A DNA stretch of 63,143 bases, filler included, from Thraustochytrium aureum (taxonomy: Eukaryota), in NCBI GenBank assembly GCA_012862495.1. It is 3 parts of one record of this genome, joined end to end, with 100 filler letters (N's around TTAATTAATTAA, not from the genome) between each part and the next. Parts side by side here need not be neighbours in the genome. Positions count along the whole stretch, not along the records: positions 1 to 26,753 come from BLSG01000146.1; 2 more parts are not named here. The stretch is one strand, 5' to 3'. Position numbers and translations under genes: made by a program. This document shows positions 12,232-22,700 of this stretch, piece by piece (position 1 is the first letter of the stretch; each line of letters starts with the position of its first letter). The notes beneath the pieces are model-generated. The model worked only from the letters and a program-made list of their open reading frames with translations, was not told where the DNA came from and searched no databases.

Positions 12232-12314
12232 TAGGAGGGAGATGCGCTATCCACTGCGCCACACGGCCGGTCAGTGTATGACCGAGCGGGGACTCGAACC
12301 CCGGACCCTCTCCT
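12232..12314 (-). tRNA. Circularly permuted tRNA-Arg(CCU): 3' half (nt 38-73) at 12314-12279, 10-nt spacer, 5' half (nt 1-37) at 12268-12232
   Basis: Minus strand reads A-GGAGA-GGGTC-CGGGG-TTCGAGT-CCCCG-CTCGGTC-A | tacactgacc | GGCCGTG-TG-GCGC-AGTGGATA-GCGC-A-TCTCC-CT-CCT-A. Swapping the halves gives a 73-nt cloverleaf with perfect D, anticodon (TCTCC/GGAGA) and T stems. The acceptor stem is 6/7 paired (one G-U, U6-U67 mismatch). A20 Arg identity element present. Confidence 0.85.
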
Positions 12315-12540
12315 TCTTCCAACCGCGCGAGACACAAAGTCTTGCACCATCTGGCACGCTCATGAACCGTGCAGAGCAAAACGACCATTCGGGCACGGCG
12401 GGCGGCTCTCGCCAGAATTGCATCCGGTCATCGCCAGGTCGTCGAGACAGGTCGTCGAGTCTGGTCGTCGAGACCGTGACAAAGGGGAATCAGGAAATCA
12501 AACTTGTTCACAGCTCCAGCCCCAGCTCCATTGTGACAAG

Positions 12541-13938
12541 CTAAAAAGTACGCAGGTCCTGCATCAGGCGGTCAGAGGTTGCCAGCAAGTCGGCAGCCGG
12601 GTCCACGGCGTTGATCGCCCGCATGAGCCCCGAGCCTTCGTCAAAGTAGCGCTCGGCGATGGCAAAGATAACGCCCTCCAGCTCAACGAGCTTGTGGAGG
12701 CACTGGCTCTGGCGGTCAAGGCGCTCGACCTCGAGCGAGTGCAGAGAGCGCATGGCCAGCTTCATTCGGGAGGCGTGCTTGATCTCCTCGCTGCGCAGCG
12801 CGTTCCGGCAGTCTTTGAGGAGCTCGCGCGAGGACTTGATCTCTTCCGCAATCGCTGCTGGCTCGTCCAGCGACGGAGAGGCTTGCTTGGCGCGGCCTCT
12901 TACCATGAACGACTTGTTGCGCTCGCGCGTCGCGGTCGGGACCGCCGTCTTGTAGGCGATCTGGAGGTCTCGGATCGATTCGTTCAGGTCCGCCACGCCC
13001 TTGTAGAGACGCTCAATGTTGCCTGTTGTGGTGGAGTGGAACTTTACGATCGAGGCGAGTTCAGCCTCGATCTTGTCGCGGATCTGCCGCATCGGCGCGA
13101 GCACCTCGTCCTCGAGCTGTTGCAAGTGCGTCTGCGCCATGCCGGAGCGGCGCTCAAAGCTCTTGTATATCGAGTTGAGCACGAGCGTCATGGTCGCCTG
13201 CTCGTTGGCGGCCACGTCCTGCGAGCGATGCGTCTGCTTGTCGAAGAGCGAGACCTCCGCCTCGATGAGCTGGCAGCGCACCTTAAAGTGGTCCTCGAGT
13301 CGCTTGGTGTCAATCAGAATCGGCCCAAAGTGAGCCACCAGCGCGTTGTACCCGTGCAGCCCAAACTCGTCCCACAGCTTTGCGTAGGCCTCCGCGGAGG
13401 CCTGCAGCATGGCGCGCGCCTCCGTGTTGACGGACCCGCGCTTCGGCGCTGCTGGCGCGCTGGCGGGGTCCGTGGCCGTCGTTAGCGCGCTCGAGGCGCT
13501 CGCGTTGCTGTGCCGCTTCTCGCCGAACGCCTCGAGCATCCTGCGCCGCTGCTTTTCGATGTCCTCTTGCGAAAGCTTGGTGCTCATTCGCGTCACCGGG
13601 TGCAGGGCGGCGGCCAGGTCGGAAGTTCCTGCCAGCTCTCTGGCCCGCAGCCCGTTGATCGCAAACTCAAAGGCNNNNNNNNNNNNNNNNNNNNNNNNNN
13701 NNNNNNNNNNNNNNNNNNNNNNNNNNNNNNNNNNNNNNNNNNNNNNNNNNNNNNNNNNNNNNNNNNNNNNNNNNNNNNNNNNNNNNNNNNNNNNNNNNNN
13801 NNNNNNNNNNNNNNNNNNNNNNNNNNNNNNNNNNNNNNNNNTCTGGTACCCCGCGCCGCGCTTCAGAAGCGTGCCTTCCATCTGCACGACCCACGGGGCG
13901 TCCAGGGTCGTCATCGACCCGCGCCCGACGATGGACAT
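12541..13938 (-). CDS. PH domain + F-BAR (FCH)-like protein (gap inside the PH domain)
   Basis: N-terminal MEGTLLKRG (PH beta-1); LWDEFGLHGYNAL...HFKVRCQLIEAE and LHSLEVERLD resemble F-BAR helices. Confidence 0.6.
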   Translation of the reverse strand: MSIVGRGSMTTLDAPWVVQMEGTLLKRGAGYQXXXXXXXXXXXXXXXXXXXXXXXXXXXXXXXXXXXXXXXXXXXXXXXXXXXXXXXXAFEFAINGLRARELAGTSDLAAALHPVTRMSTKLSQEDIEKQRRRMLEAFGEKRHSNASASSALTTATDPASAPAAPKRGSVNTEARAMLQASAEAYAKLWDEFGLHGYNALVAHFGPILIDTKRLEDHFKVRCQLIEAEVSLFDKQTHRSQDVAANEQATMTLVLNSIYKSFERRSGMAQTHLQQLEDEVLAPMRQIRDKIEAELASIVKFHSTTTGNIERLYKGVADLNESIRDLQIAYKTAVPTATRERNKSFMVRGRAKQASPSLDEPAAIAEEIKSSRELLKDCRNALRSEEIKHASRMKLAMRSLHSLEVERLDRQSQCLHKLVELEGVIFAIAERYFDEGSGLMRAINAVDPAADLLATSDRLMQDLRTF

Positions 13939-14616
13939 GCTTGCTTGCCCGTTCGCTCGCTTGCCAGCTGGAGCGTCGCGGCTGGGCTAGTAAGGCGGCT
14001 GCCTCGCGCGCCTGTCCGTGGCCACGTGCTCTGGTCCACCCCACGACGGCGTGCGCGACCAAGCGGGTGGAGCCCGACTTGCGGCTGGGCCCTCAACCGC
14101 TGCGCGCGTCGAAGGCGCTCTGCAGGCCCTCGTAGACCCGTTCGAGCAGCCGCTCGCCGGCTGCGGTCTCTGCCGCGGCTGCCGCGTGTCGGCCGGCTCC
14201 TGGACAGGTCTTGTCCGCGCTCGCGTTGAGATTGGTAGACTCAATTGTGCTGCGGCGCTGCGTGTGCGCGTGCTCGAAAGCAGGCCACTCGAATCCGCCA
14301 TCCTGTATGGGCAGACCAAAACTTGCCTCCAAGTGCGCACCAGACGCTCTCAACAGCGGCCAGAGATTCCTTGCCCTTGCGCTGCGCAAGGAAGCGGCCC
14401 GCAAGGCCAATGACAGGCCGAGTCTGGCGGATTCCAGTGGCCCGTTGTCCACTTCTCCGTCCATGTGTACTTCACACGCTGCGCCTTCCTTTGCCGGAGA
14501 TGTTGCGAGCTGGAAGAGCGGGAGCCAGCGCCTTGGTGGGCCCGGCACGCAGATTTTGCGAGCGTTTCCATCCTCGTTCGTTCAACTTGGACGTCGATTG
14601 ATCGAGCCGCTCGGTT

Positions 14617-14684
14617 GTCTGTCTGTCTGTCTGTCCCTCTGTCTGTCTCTGTCTGTCTCTGTCTGTCTGTCTGCCAGTGTCTGT
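14617..14684. repeat. (GTCT)n microsatellite
   Basis: Read directly. Confidence 0.9.
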
Positions 14685-15341
14685 CAATGGTCAACTGGTC
14701 TGTCAACTCATCAATCAGCACATCAACATCCGACGCCTCACGTCAGCCCTCGCAGGTGTGCGGCGGCTGTTCAGTTGTTTCTGTTCTGCTGCTGAGCACA
14801 GTGCCTTGCTTGGCCTTGACCAGCGTCGAGTAGGAGCGACCGTGTGGGCGGGCGGCGAGTTTTGCGTCGGCGGGGCTGGCCTCCGAGGCCTGCGAGAGCG
14901 CTCGCTAGGTCCTTGTCCTTCCTTCCTCGTCAGCTGGCTTGTGGACGGTGCGTGACCAGACCAAACGCGCGCTGCCTTTGACCGACGCAGAGCTTGCTGG
15001 CAACGCGCTGGTGATGGTTTGTTTCTTGGTCCAATGGGCAAGACCCCTTCAAGACTTTCTTGGACCTCCTTTCTGCAGGCTGGGTGCTGTGGTTGTTTTG
15101 CGTGCTTTCTTTCGCTGATCACGAGATGTGAACCCTTCGAGCCCGTGACGGGTACTTGTCTCCTGCGTGGAGAGTGAATCGAGCAGACCCCATTCGAGAT
15201 CAACCTCGGCGATCCGCCACGCGAGCACGAGCTGCGCTCGGACGGCTCGGTCAGCGTCGGAACGTCGCAGAGGCACGCTCCGGGCGGTCGGAGGGAGTCC
15301 GTCGGGCTGCTGCGCCGCCGAGTTGCTTGTGGGCAGCGAGG

Positions 15342-18300
15342 ATGGCCGGCCGTTTGGTGCGCGCGACTGCTGGTCTTGCGCTTGTGGCGGCAGGGCCGCG
15401 GCTGCGGAGGAGCCGGAGTTTCGCGCGTGCCAGAACAAGTCGGGAGGGATCAACGTGCTCAATGGCCTGCCTCGCCGCGGGTTTAGCTTCCAGAGCGTCT
15501 CGGCCAACTTGGGCGAGTACGATTCGATCGTCGAGGTGTGCCGAGGCACGCAGGATGAGTTGTGCGAGGCGGAGTGGCTCACGGAACTGAGCGACCTCGG
15601 GCTCGAGGCCATCCAGGACACCAGCTACGCGACGGACAACCCCGGCTCGTGGATCAACTACCTGCAAGGCGTCGCAGTCTACGCCGGTGTTGGCGTTGCC
15701 TTTGCGGTTTTAGCCGTGCTCGCCGGCCTCATCGCCTGCATTTGCCGCTGCTGCTGCTGCCGCGGCAAGCCCCAACTCTTTGAAGACGAGGACGGCAACC
15801 TCGAAAAACCGTACGAGTACCCCATTTGGCAGACCGTGACGACCTACTTTTGCCTCGTCCTGTTCATCATCATGATCTTCACCTTCACGATGCTCGCCCA
15901 CGTGCGCGGGAACAAGGGCTTTACCGACGCCCAGCTCGCCCTGGTGGACTCCCCAGACAACCTCGTCGAGCTCGCCCAGGGCGTGGCGAACCCTGTCGTT
16001 TCCCTCGTCACCAGCCTCATCGGCACGACCGTTGTGGGTCTTATCGAGCGCGTCAACGGCACTCTCGTGGAAGCCGGTCAGCTCGGCGTCGTGCACGAAG
16101 CCTTCATCTGCGCGCGCGACCTGCTCGACTTTGTCACCAACCTCACCATCGTCGAGGAGTTCACCGCGATCCTCGAGAGCGTCCAAGTCACGATTCAAGC
16201 CGCCCCTGACTCGTCCGACGTCACTTCCGCCGTGTCAAGCGTCAAAGCCAAGCTTGTTTTGCTCAACACGAGCGTTGTTGCAGCAGAGACGCAGCTCAAG
16301 GCATTTTCCTCGGCTCTCGTTGGGGTCAACATTGAAGGAATCGAGGCCGACGTCGCGTCCATCGAAGCCACGTTGAACTCGTTAAGCTCCGATGTAGGCC
16401 AGCTCTCCACCGACATTGAAGCCTACATCTCCGTGCAGGATGAGATTACTGCCACCAACAACGCCATCGATCCGCTCGTTGACAATAATCCTGTCTACAC
16501 CAATGCACTAGTCGTGGCATTTCAGGGTGCTTACGGGCTTCTGAAGACCAAGGTTAACGGGATGCCGTCTGACGTCGAGGGCCAGCTGAAAGCAGACATC
16601 GCCTCCATGAACTCGACGCTCGACACAGTCGACGCGCAGCTGGCGGCGCTCGAGACCACCTTGATCAACACAAAAGCTTCGCTGGACGCCGCGCCGACCA
16701 TCGTTGACATGAACTCTACTCTCAACAGCGTTCTCAGTAGCCTCGACGCTTTCAACCTCACCGAGGTCAGAGTTGAGCTCGATTCGCTCACAGGTTTCCT
16801 CGGAAACCTTCCTGTGGTCACCCCAATCCTCGACAAGATTGATTCTATCATCGCGCTGCAGGACAAGATTCCTTGTATCTTCGCCGTAACAGAGATTCCC
16901 GCCAGCATCAACGAGGACCTGGTCGAGCTGCCCGCCGAGTTCCTCAACATCACCGACCAGTTCGGGGAGCTCAACAACACGCTCAACAACGCCACTGCCG
17001 AGCTGCAACAAATCGTGGACGAAATCGCCACGTTCCAGGATTCATTCTCTGGGTCCGTTCAAAACCAGACCAAGGCCTTCGACAACCAGCTCGACAACGT
17101 GCAAATCACGCTCAACCAAGCCCGCGCAACGGTCGTCACCCTCCAAAACAGCCTTTCCGGGTTTGACCAGGAGGTCGTCAATGTGACGGGCCCCATCTCA
17201 GAAATTGCTGACATTCGGACGCGCTTTGCAAACCCTGCTCTGCGCCCGACACCCGCCACGCTAGATGCGCTGGACGATGCCAAGACCGCGCGCGAAGCGC
17301 TCCTTACCGTGTTCACGAACCTCGGCAGCTCGGGCTTCGATGCCAAGGTGGAAAACCTTGCAACTGAGCCAGTTCAGAGTTGGCAGTGTTCCGGAGGCTC
17401 GCCCACATGCTATGACGCAAGTGGGCCGAACGGGGTTTTCTCGACATGCACGCTGCCTAAAACTTGCCCTTACGCGGAAGTGGAGTGGCTCTCGCTTCGA
17501 GGTGCCCTCACGACGTTTGACAGTTCGATCAACGATGTGCAACCCTCGCTTCGCAACGACATTTTGCCCCAGCTTCAAAGCCTGAAAACAGAAGTGGACG
17601 CCGTGGACCTTTCCTGCTGTCTCGACCTGACCGACATGAAGGCCCTGCGAACCGAGGCCAGCGACGCGGAGTCGCAAATCGATTCGGCCGCCAGCAACAT
17701 TCAGCAAGTCGCAGATCAACTGGACGCTCTAGCCCTCGATTTTGATGGCGCCACCGCAGACTCACTCAACTTCAACAGCACGTTCGACAGCCTCAAGGCC
17801 GAGCTTGCGGCCTTTAACGAGTCCCTGATTGAGCCCGGGCAGCTGGCCGACTTTCAGGAAGTGCTCGACAAGGAGAAGGCGATCTACCAACTCCTGATCT
17901 TTGACTTGGCGGACATTCTGGACGACCTGAGGAAGCCGGTGCTCGACGCGATCGCGTCCTCCTCCTCGGGTATCGAAGGGACAGTGCTGCACGTGGCACG
18001 CCAGTTTGACCGGGCCATCGGCGCCGTCGAGCCCGCATCTGCGACCGTTGAAGAGAGCGTCGAGGACGTCCTCTCGGCCGTTCGTATCGTCGACACTGCG
18101 CGCGACAACGGCGGCTCGCTGCGCAAGGAGGGCTCCATCTACTACCTGCAACGCATGGTCGCTGCCGCCGAGCAGAACGCCTCCTCTAGCTTTGGCAGCG
18201 CAGCAGACTACGGCCAGTACGAGCGCCCCACCGTCACGGGCTACATCCAAGACGACCGCATAGTCACCTATCCAGATGGTTCGAGTTGTATCACGGACAA

Positions 18301-19585
18301 GTGCCTCCGGAACACGATCGAGTTTTACAACTCGGACGAGATTCAGAACTTTGCGCCAGACGCAATCAACGACATTTACGCCCTCCCGATCTCGCGCACC
18401 ACCGCCATGGCTGTGCCGTTCATCATCCCGACCATCATCATGCTCATTGCGTTGCTGATTTTCTGCCTGCCCAAGTGCGGCTACGTGCTTGCCTGCTGTT
18501 CTGTGTGCGTCATGCCCTGGATTTTTCTCATTGTGGGCGGGCTGGTCTTTCCCATGATCATCCTCACCTCTGACACGTGCGCCAGCCTCGAGCCGATTGG
18601 CATCACCGCGCTCCGCGAAGTGCAGCCCATCCTCTGCAGCGCCGCGAACGGAACGATCAACCCAACCACCGGGTACTGCACCTTCCGGATCGAGCAGCCG
18701 CCCTTTATCAAGGACGTCGAATTGGACGCTCCGGAGATCTTGCAGTCGCTACTGCAGAGCTGCAGTGGCTCTTCTGGCGCCAACCTGCCAGCCGGCCAGG
18801 TCGGCGAGCCCGTCGAGTCGTTCATCAAGAGCTTCGGCCTGGACGCGGCGGTCATCGTCCAAGACCAAATCATCGACCTGCTCGACAACATTCTCCCGGA
18901 GCTGGGCATCGTCCTCAGGCCGCTTCTCCGCGCCGACGTCGAGGCTTCTGGCGACGACCTCGAGAGCAACATCAAGGACCTCAGCGACGACCTGAACGCT
19001 GCGCTCGGCTGTGAAAAGTTCTCGGCGGCTTACCTTGGCCTGAAGGACACCCTCTGTTGCGAGTTTGGCAACGTGCTCTACTGGAGCTTCTCCGCCTGGT
19101 ACCTTATCGCATTCACCCTGCTCTTCTGCGGGCTTCCCGTGGGCTGCTTTGCGGCTACGCGCCTGAGCAACATCAAGCGCTCTCGTGAGCACCTCAAAAT
19201 CTTCTACCAAGAGGCAGCCGAGAGTCGGCTCGCGCGCCGCGTCGGGAGGGCGTTGGGTACGCCCGGGCTGTCGTTGCCCGCCGTTCCAGGGCGAGCCGGT
19301 CACCGTCAGCGACGTCGACAGCGTGGATGGCAGCAACCCGCTGGTGCGGCTGGTGCTATTCGCCAGCGGCTTGGCCGCCTTGGGACTTCCTTCAAGGCGA
19401 GCAGCAGCGCGCTTGGGGAAAAAGTACGTGGCGCTGGCGAGAAAGTTAGTAGCGCTGTCTCTCGTGCACGAGGCCGTGTGCGTGGCCGCGGCGGCTCGTC
19501 GTCGGGTGCTCCGATCGCGAGCGAGGCTGACGGCGAGCTCGAGCTCGCCGTCTCTGCCAAGCTCCCGGCTGAAGCATACGCTTAG
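15342..19585 (+). CDS. Large 5-TM prominin/tweety-like membrane glycoprotein
   Basis: Signal-peptide-like MAGRLVRATAGLALVAAG from ATG 15342 joins the main ORF if one G is added to ggg at ~15393. Then TM1 followed by CRCCCC, TM2, a very long helical loop rich in N-x-S/T sites, TM3-TM4 (..SDTC), a second loop and TM5. Confidence 0.6.
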
Positions 19586-19694
19586 CCGCATCGAGCTCGC
19601 CGTCTCTGCCAAGCTCCCGGCTGAAGCATACGCTTAGCCGCATCGAGCTCGCCGTCCCTGCCAAGCTCCCGGCTGAAGCCTACGCGTAGCCGCG
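19541..19694. repeat. 52-bp tandem repeat x3 overlapping the stop codon of the 5-TM gene
   Basis: Unit gagctcgccgtctctgccaagctcccggctgaagcatacgcttagccgcatc; third copy diverged. Confidence 0.9.
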
Positions 19695-19798
19695 GAGCTC
19701 TCTTGCAAGATCGCGCGCGACATTGCTTCTCCAACTCAATCAATCAACAAAAACTATCGTCGTCATTTCACTTTTTTTCGTTTTGGAAGTGCCCGCTG

Positions 19799-22700
19799 TC
19801 ATAGACCCAGCGGCACCGGTGCTTGTGCAGGTCCGCGCCTTCGACTCGCCCGCCCAGCCAAAAGCTTGTAGTTTGCGCCAAGCAAGGACTTTTCCTTCGC
19901 ACGTAGCGCGAGAATGGACTTCCTGATCAAGTCGATCTCCTCCTGCACGCCACAGCTCTCAAGTGCGTCCGAGTCTTCCTTGGTCTCTTCTTCGCGGTCC
20001 CCACCTTCGTCAGCTGCTGGGCCGTGGGCATCTGGTGGCTCGACCACATACCGCTGCGCAACACTTTCGCCAAAGCAAAAGTCATCCAGCGTCGTCTGTT
20101 CGCTGCGCTTTGACGCCGGGTTCAAAAGCGCGGTCTCAACTGCGGCAGCGGGCACGCGGCCCTGAAGGTTACACCTTGCTGTGAGGCTTGCAAGCGTGCG
20201 CCGAATGTGGTCTCGCGTCTCGCGGTCAACAAGGGTACAGCCAACTCCCCCCAGCGAGCAGGGTGAGGCAGCACTCTCCTGCAAATCGTGACCGATCTGT
20301 GCGATCTCGCTGCGCCCATGGCGCGTCCCGACATGCGGACTTTTCGTGACACCGCGCTCGTTCAGCCAGAGCTTGTTCTGCAGCGCCCAGAGCTGCGATG
20401 GCGTCGCGCAAGTGTGCTCCAAGTCCAGGCCATGCAAGCAGCCGTTGAAGCGCATGGCGCGACACAGGTGCGCCACGCCTTCTTCTGTGAGAACGTTGGA
20501 CGACAGGTCCAAGGTTCGACAGTTGGTGTCCCAGACCAGCGTCTCCGCGAGCAGGATCACCCCAGTCACGTCCGCGCCGCCGTCGGTCAGGCTGTTCCCG
20601 GACAGGTCCAGCGCGCGCAACCGCGAGCTCGAGCTCCGCATTGCGCTCGCCATTGCCTTGAGACCTCGCGCGCCTACCTTGCTGCGCGAGAGGTTGAGCG
20701 ACTCTAGCGGCAGGCCGGCAGAAACCCAGCTCGCTACCGTGGTGGCGCCTTCGTCCCCAAGATCGTTCTTGGACAAGTCCAAGGAGACCAAGCCGAGCCT
20801 CGAGATTGTGCTCTNNNNNNNNNNNNNNNNNNNNNNNNNNNNNNNNNNNNNNNNNNNNNNNNNNNNNNNNNNNNNNNNNNNNNNNNNNNNNNNNNNNNNN
20901 NNNNNNNNNNNNNNNNNNNNNNNNNNNNNNNNNNNNNNNNNNNNNNNNNNNNNNNCTCTCGAGCTGGACAACGTCGCTGCCATTGATGCCGCCTCCGACA
21001 AGAGCCAGTGTCGGGCCACGGTGAGCAGCAAGCCGGAGCACGCGGTCGAGACAGCTTTCAGCGCTCGCACCACCCCTCTCTTCGGCTGCAGAAAACTTGT
21101 GCAAGTGAGCTGCCGCCGCTAACGGCATCAAGTCGTTGAGGATCAGCGCGCGCCACGAGGCTTCAATGGCAAATTCATCCGTACGCTCGATCGCGTCAAC
21201 GAGGATGGGCAGGTACGCCGCCACCGTGTCGCGCAGCGCTCCCGCACAGTGCGCGCTGCCAAAAAGCTCCAAGGTGACCAAGCACGCCTCAATGCTAGAC
21301 TCGAGCAGCGACCCGAGCTTGTCCAGGAGCATCCGCGACGCTTCGCTGCGCGGGCCGTCGTCTTGGGTTGCAGCATAGCATGCAAGGACACGTCCCATCT
21401 GTGCAGCGCTGCCTCGTCCTCCGCCCAGGCACGCGATTACGAGGTCCTCAAGAATGCGGCCGCCAGCAGCGAGCGCAACTCCAAAGAGACACTCAAATAC
21501 AGCCGAGTCTAGATCCAGACGAGCCGCCCACGCCTCTGGGAAGGGGCGATCTTGATGCAGGCCTATGAAATTGGCCATGGCCCGTCCGCGCAAAACAGGG
21601 TCCATCGTGTCGAATCGCTCCAAAAACGCGACCCATACGCTGCTCCTTTGCACGCGGTCGCCGACAGGCTCCGACCCACCCATGGGGTTTCGACGCTCGG
21701 CGGCAGCCGCTTGCATGAGGAGGGCGCATACAGCGCTCAGTAGCCAGGGCGAGCCGTGGAGCGCTTCGTCTGGGTCTGCCTTTAGCAGCAAATCCAAGGC
21801 CGCCACCGGGAGGAAGGTTGTTCGAGCTCGGCGGAGGCACAGCTCTGCGAGACTGAATGAAAGGATCCGAATCGGTGCTGCAAAGGAAGGGCAAAGGCCG
21901 GCCTGCACGAGGTCTAGCAGCGCTTGCGATATTGGGCCAGTGAATCGAGCTGCGTCCCGCTTGAGGAGGTAGGCCAGCGTTCCGAGCGCCACAAGGCGCA
22001 TACCAGGGAGGGGTTCTGACTCTGACTCGCTGCCAGCCTTGACAAGTCGCAAAAGCTGCTCTAGCTCGCCTGTGCATGCCTCAGAGGCGCCTGAGGCGCG
22101 TAGCGCTTTGTTCCGCGAGAAAAAGCTATGGATCCACGTCAGCTGCTCCCAGCGGGACATCTCGAAAACGCCTCCGGCCTCAACTGCTGTGAACCTTTCT
22201 GGATATGCAAGCAGCTGGAGGCTCGCGAGCGACACGCCTTTCCTAGCCTTCGCCAGTCGCTCAGTCAGTGGCTGAAACAGGTGCGCACCGCTCACGATCT
22301 CCCGTGCGAGGTCAGCTCGAGACTCGGGCGAGAGCGAGTCCACCCAAGGACCGTCCAGGACCGTCCCGTCCACCCGCGATGGGTCTCTCGTGCGTCGGAC
22401 TTCGCAAAGGCGCTCTCGCTCTGCTTCCGTGGCGCGGTCAAACGCAAGGTCCCAGTCCCAGTCCCACTGGGGCCCTCGCCACACTTGGCACATAATTGTC
22501 TGCCAAATTCCGACGAGCGGCTCACGCTGGAGGGAGGCTTCAGACCCAAGACGAACCGCGAGCCTCAAGGCGAGCCGTACGACGAAGGGCGCTGCGGCAG
22601 TGTTGGCGTCCAATTCTGCAGCTGCTCGCTCGACGACGGAAACGAGCCGCTCCACGGCGCTGAGATCCACTGCCCTGCGTAGGGCCGCAAACTGGCGCAA

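Noticed and set aside
12232..12314. Two ordinary tandem or intron-containing tRNA genes
   Set aside because: No matching 5' half upstream of the 3' half; the 5' half is followed by a T6 terminator with no T-arm; the two halves complement each other
12274..13485. 403-aa plus-strand ORF overlapping the tRNA
   Set aside because: Antisense to the PH/F-BAR gene; low-information composition
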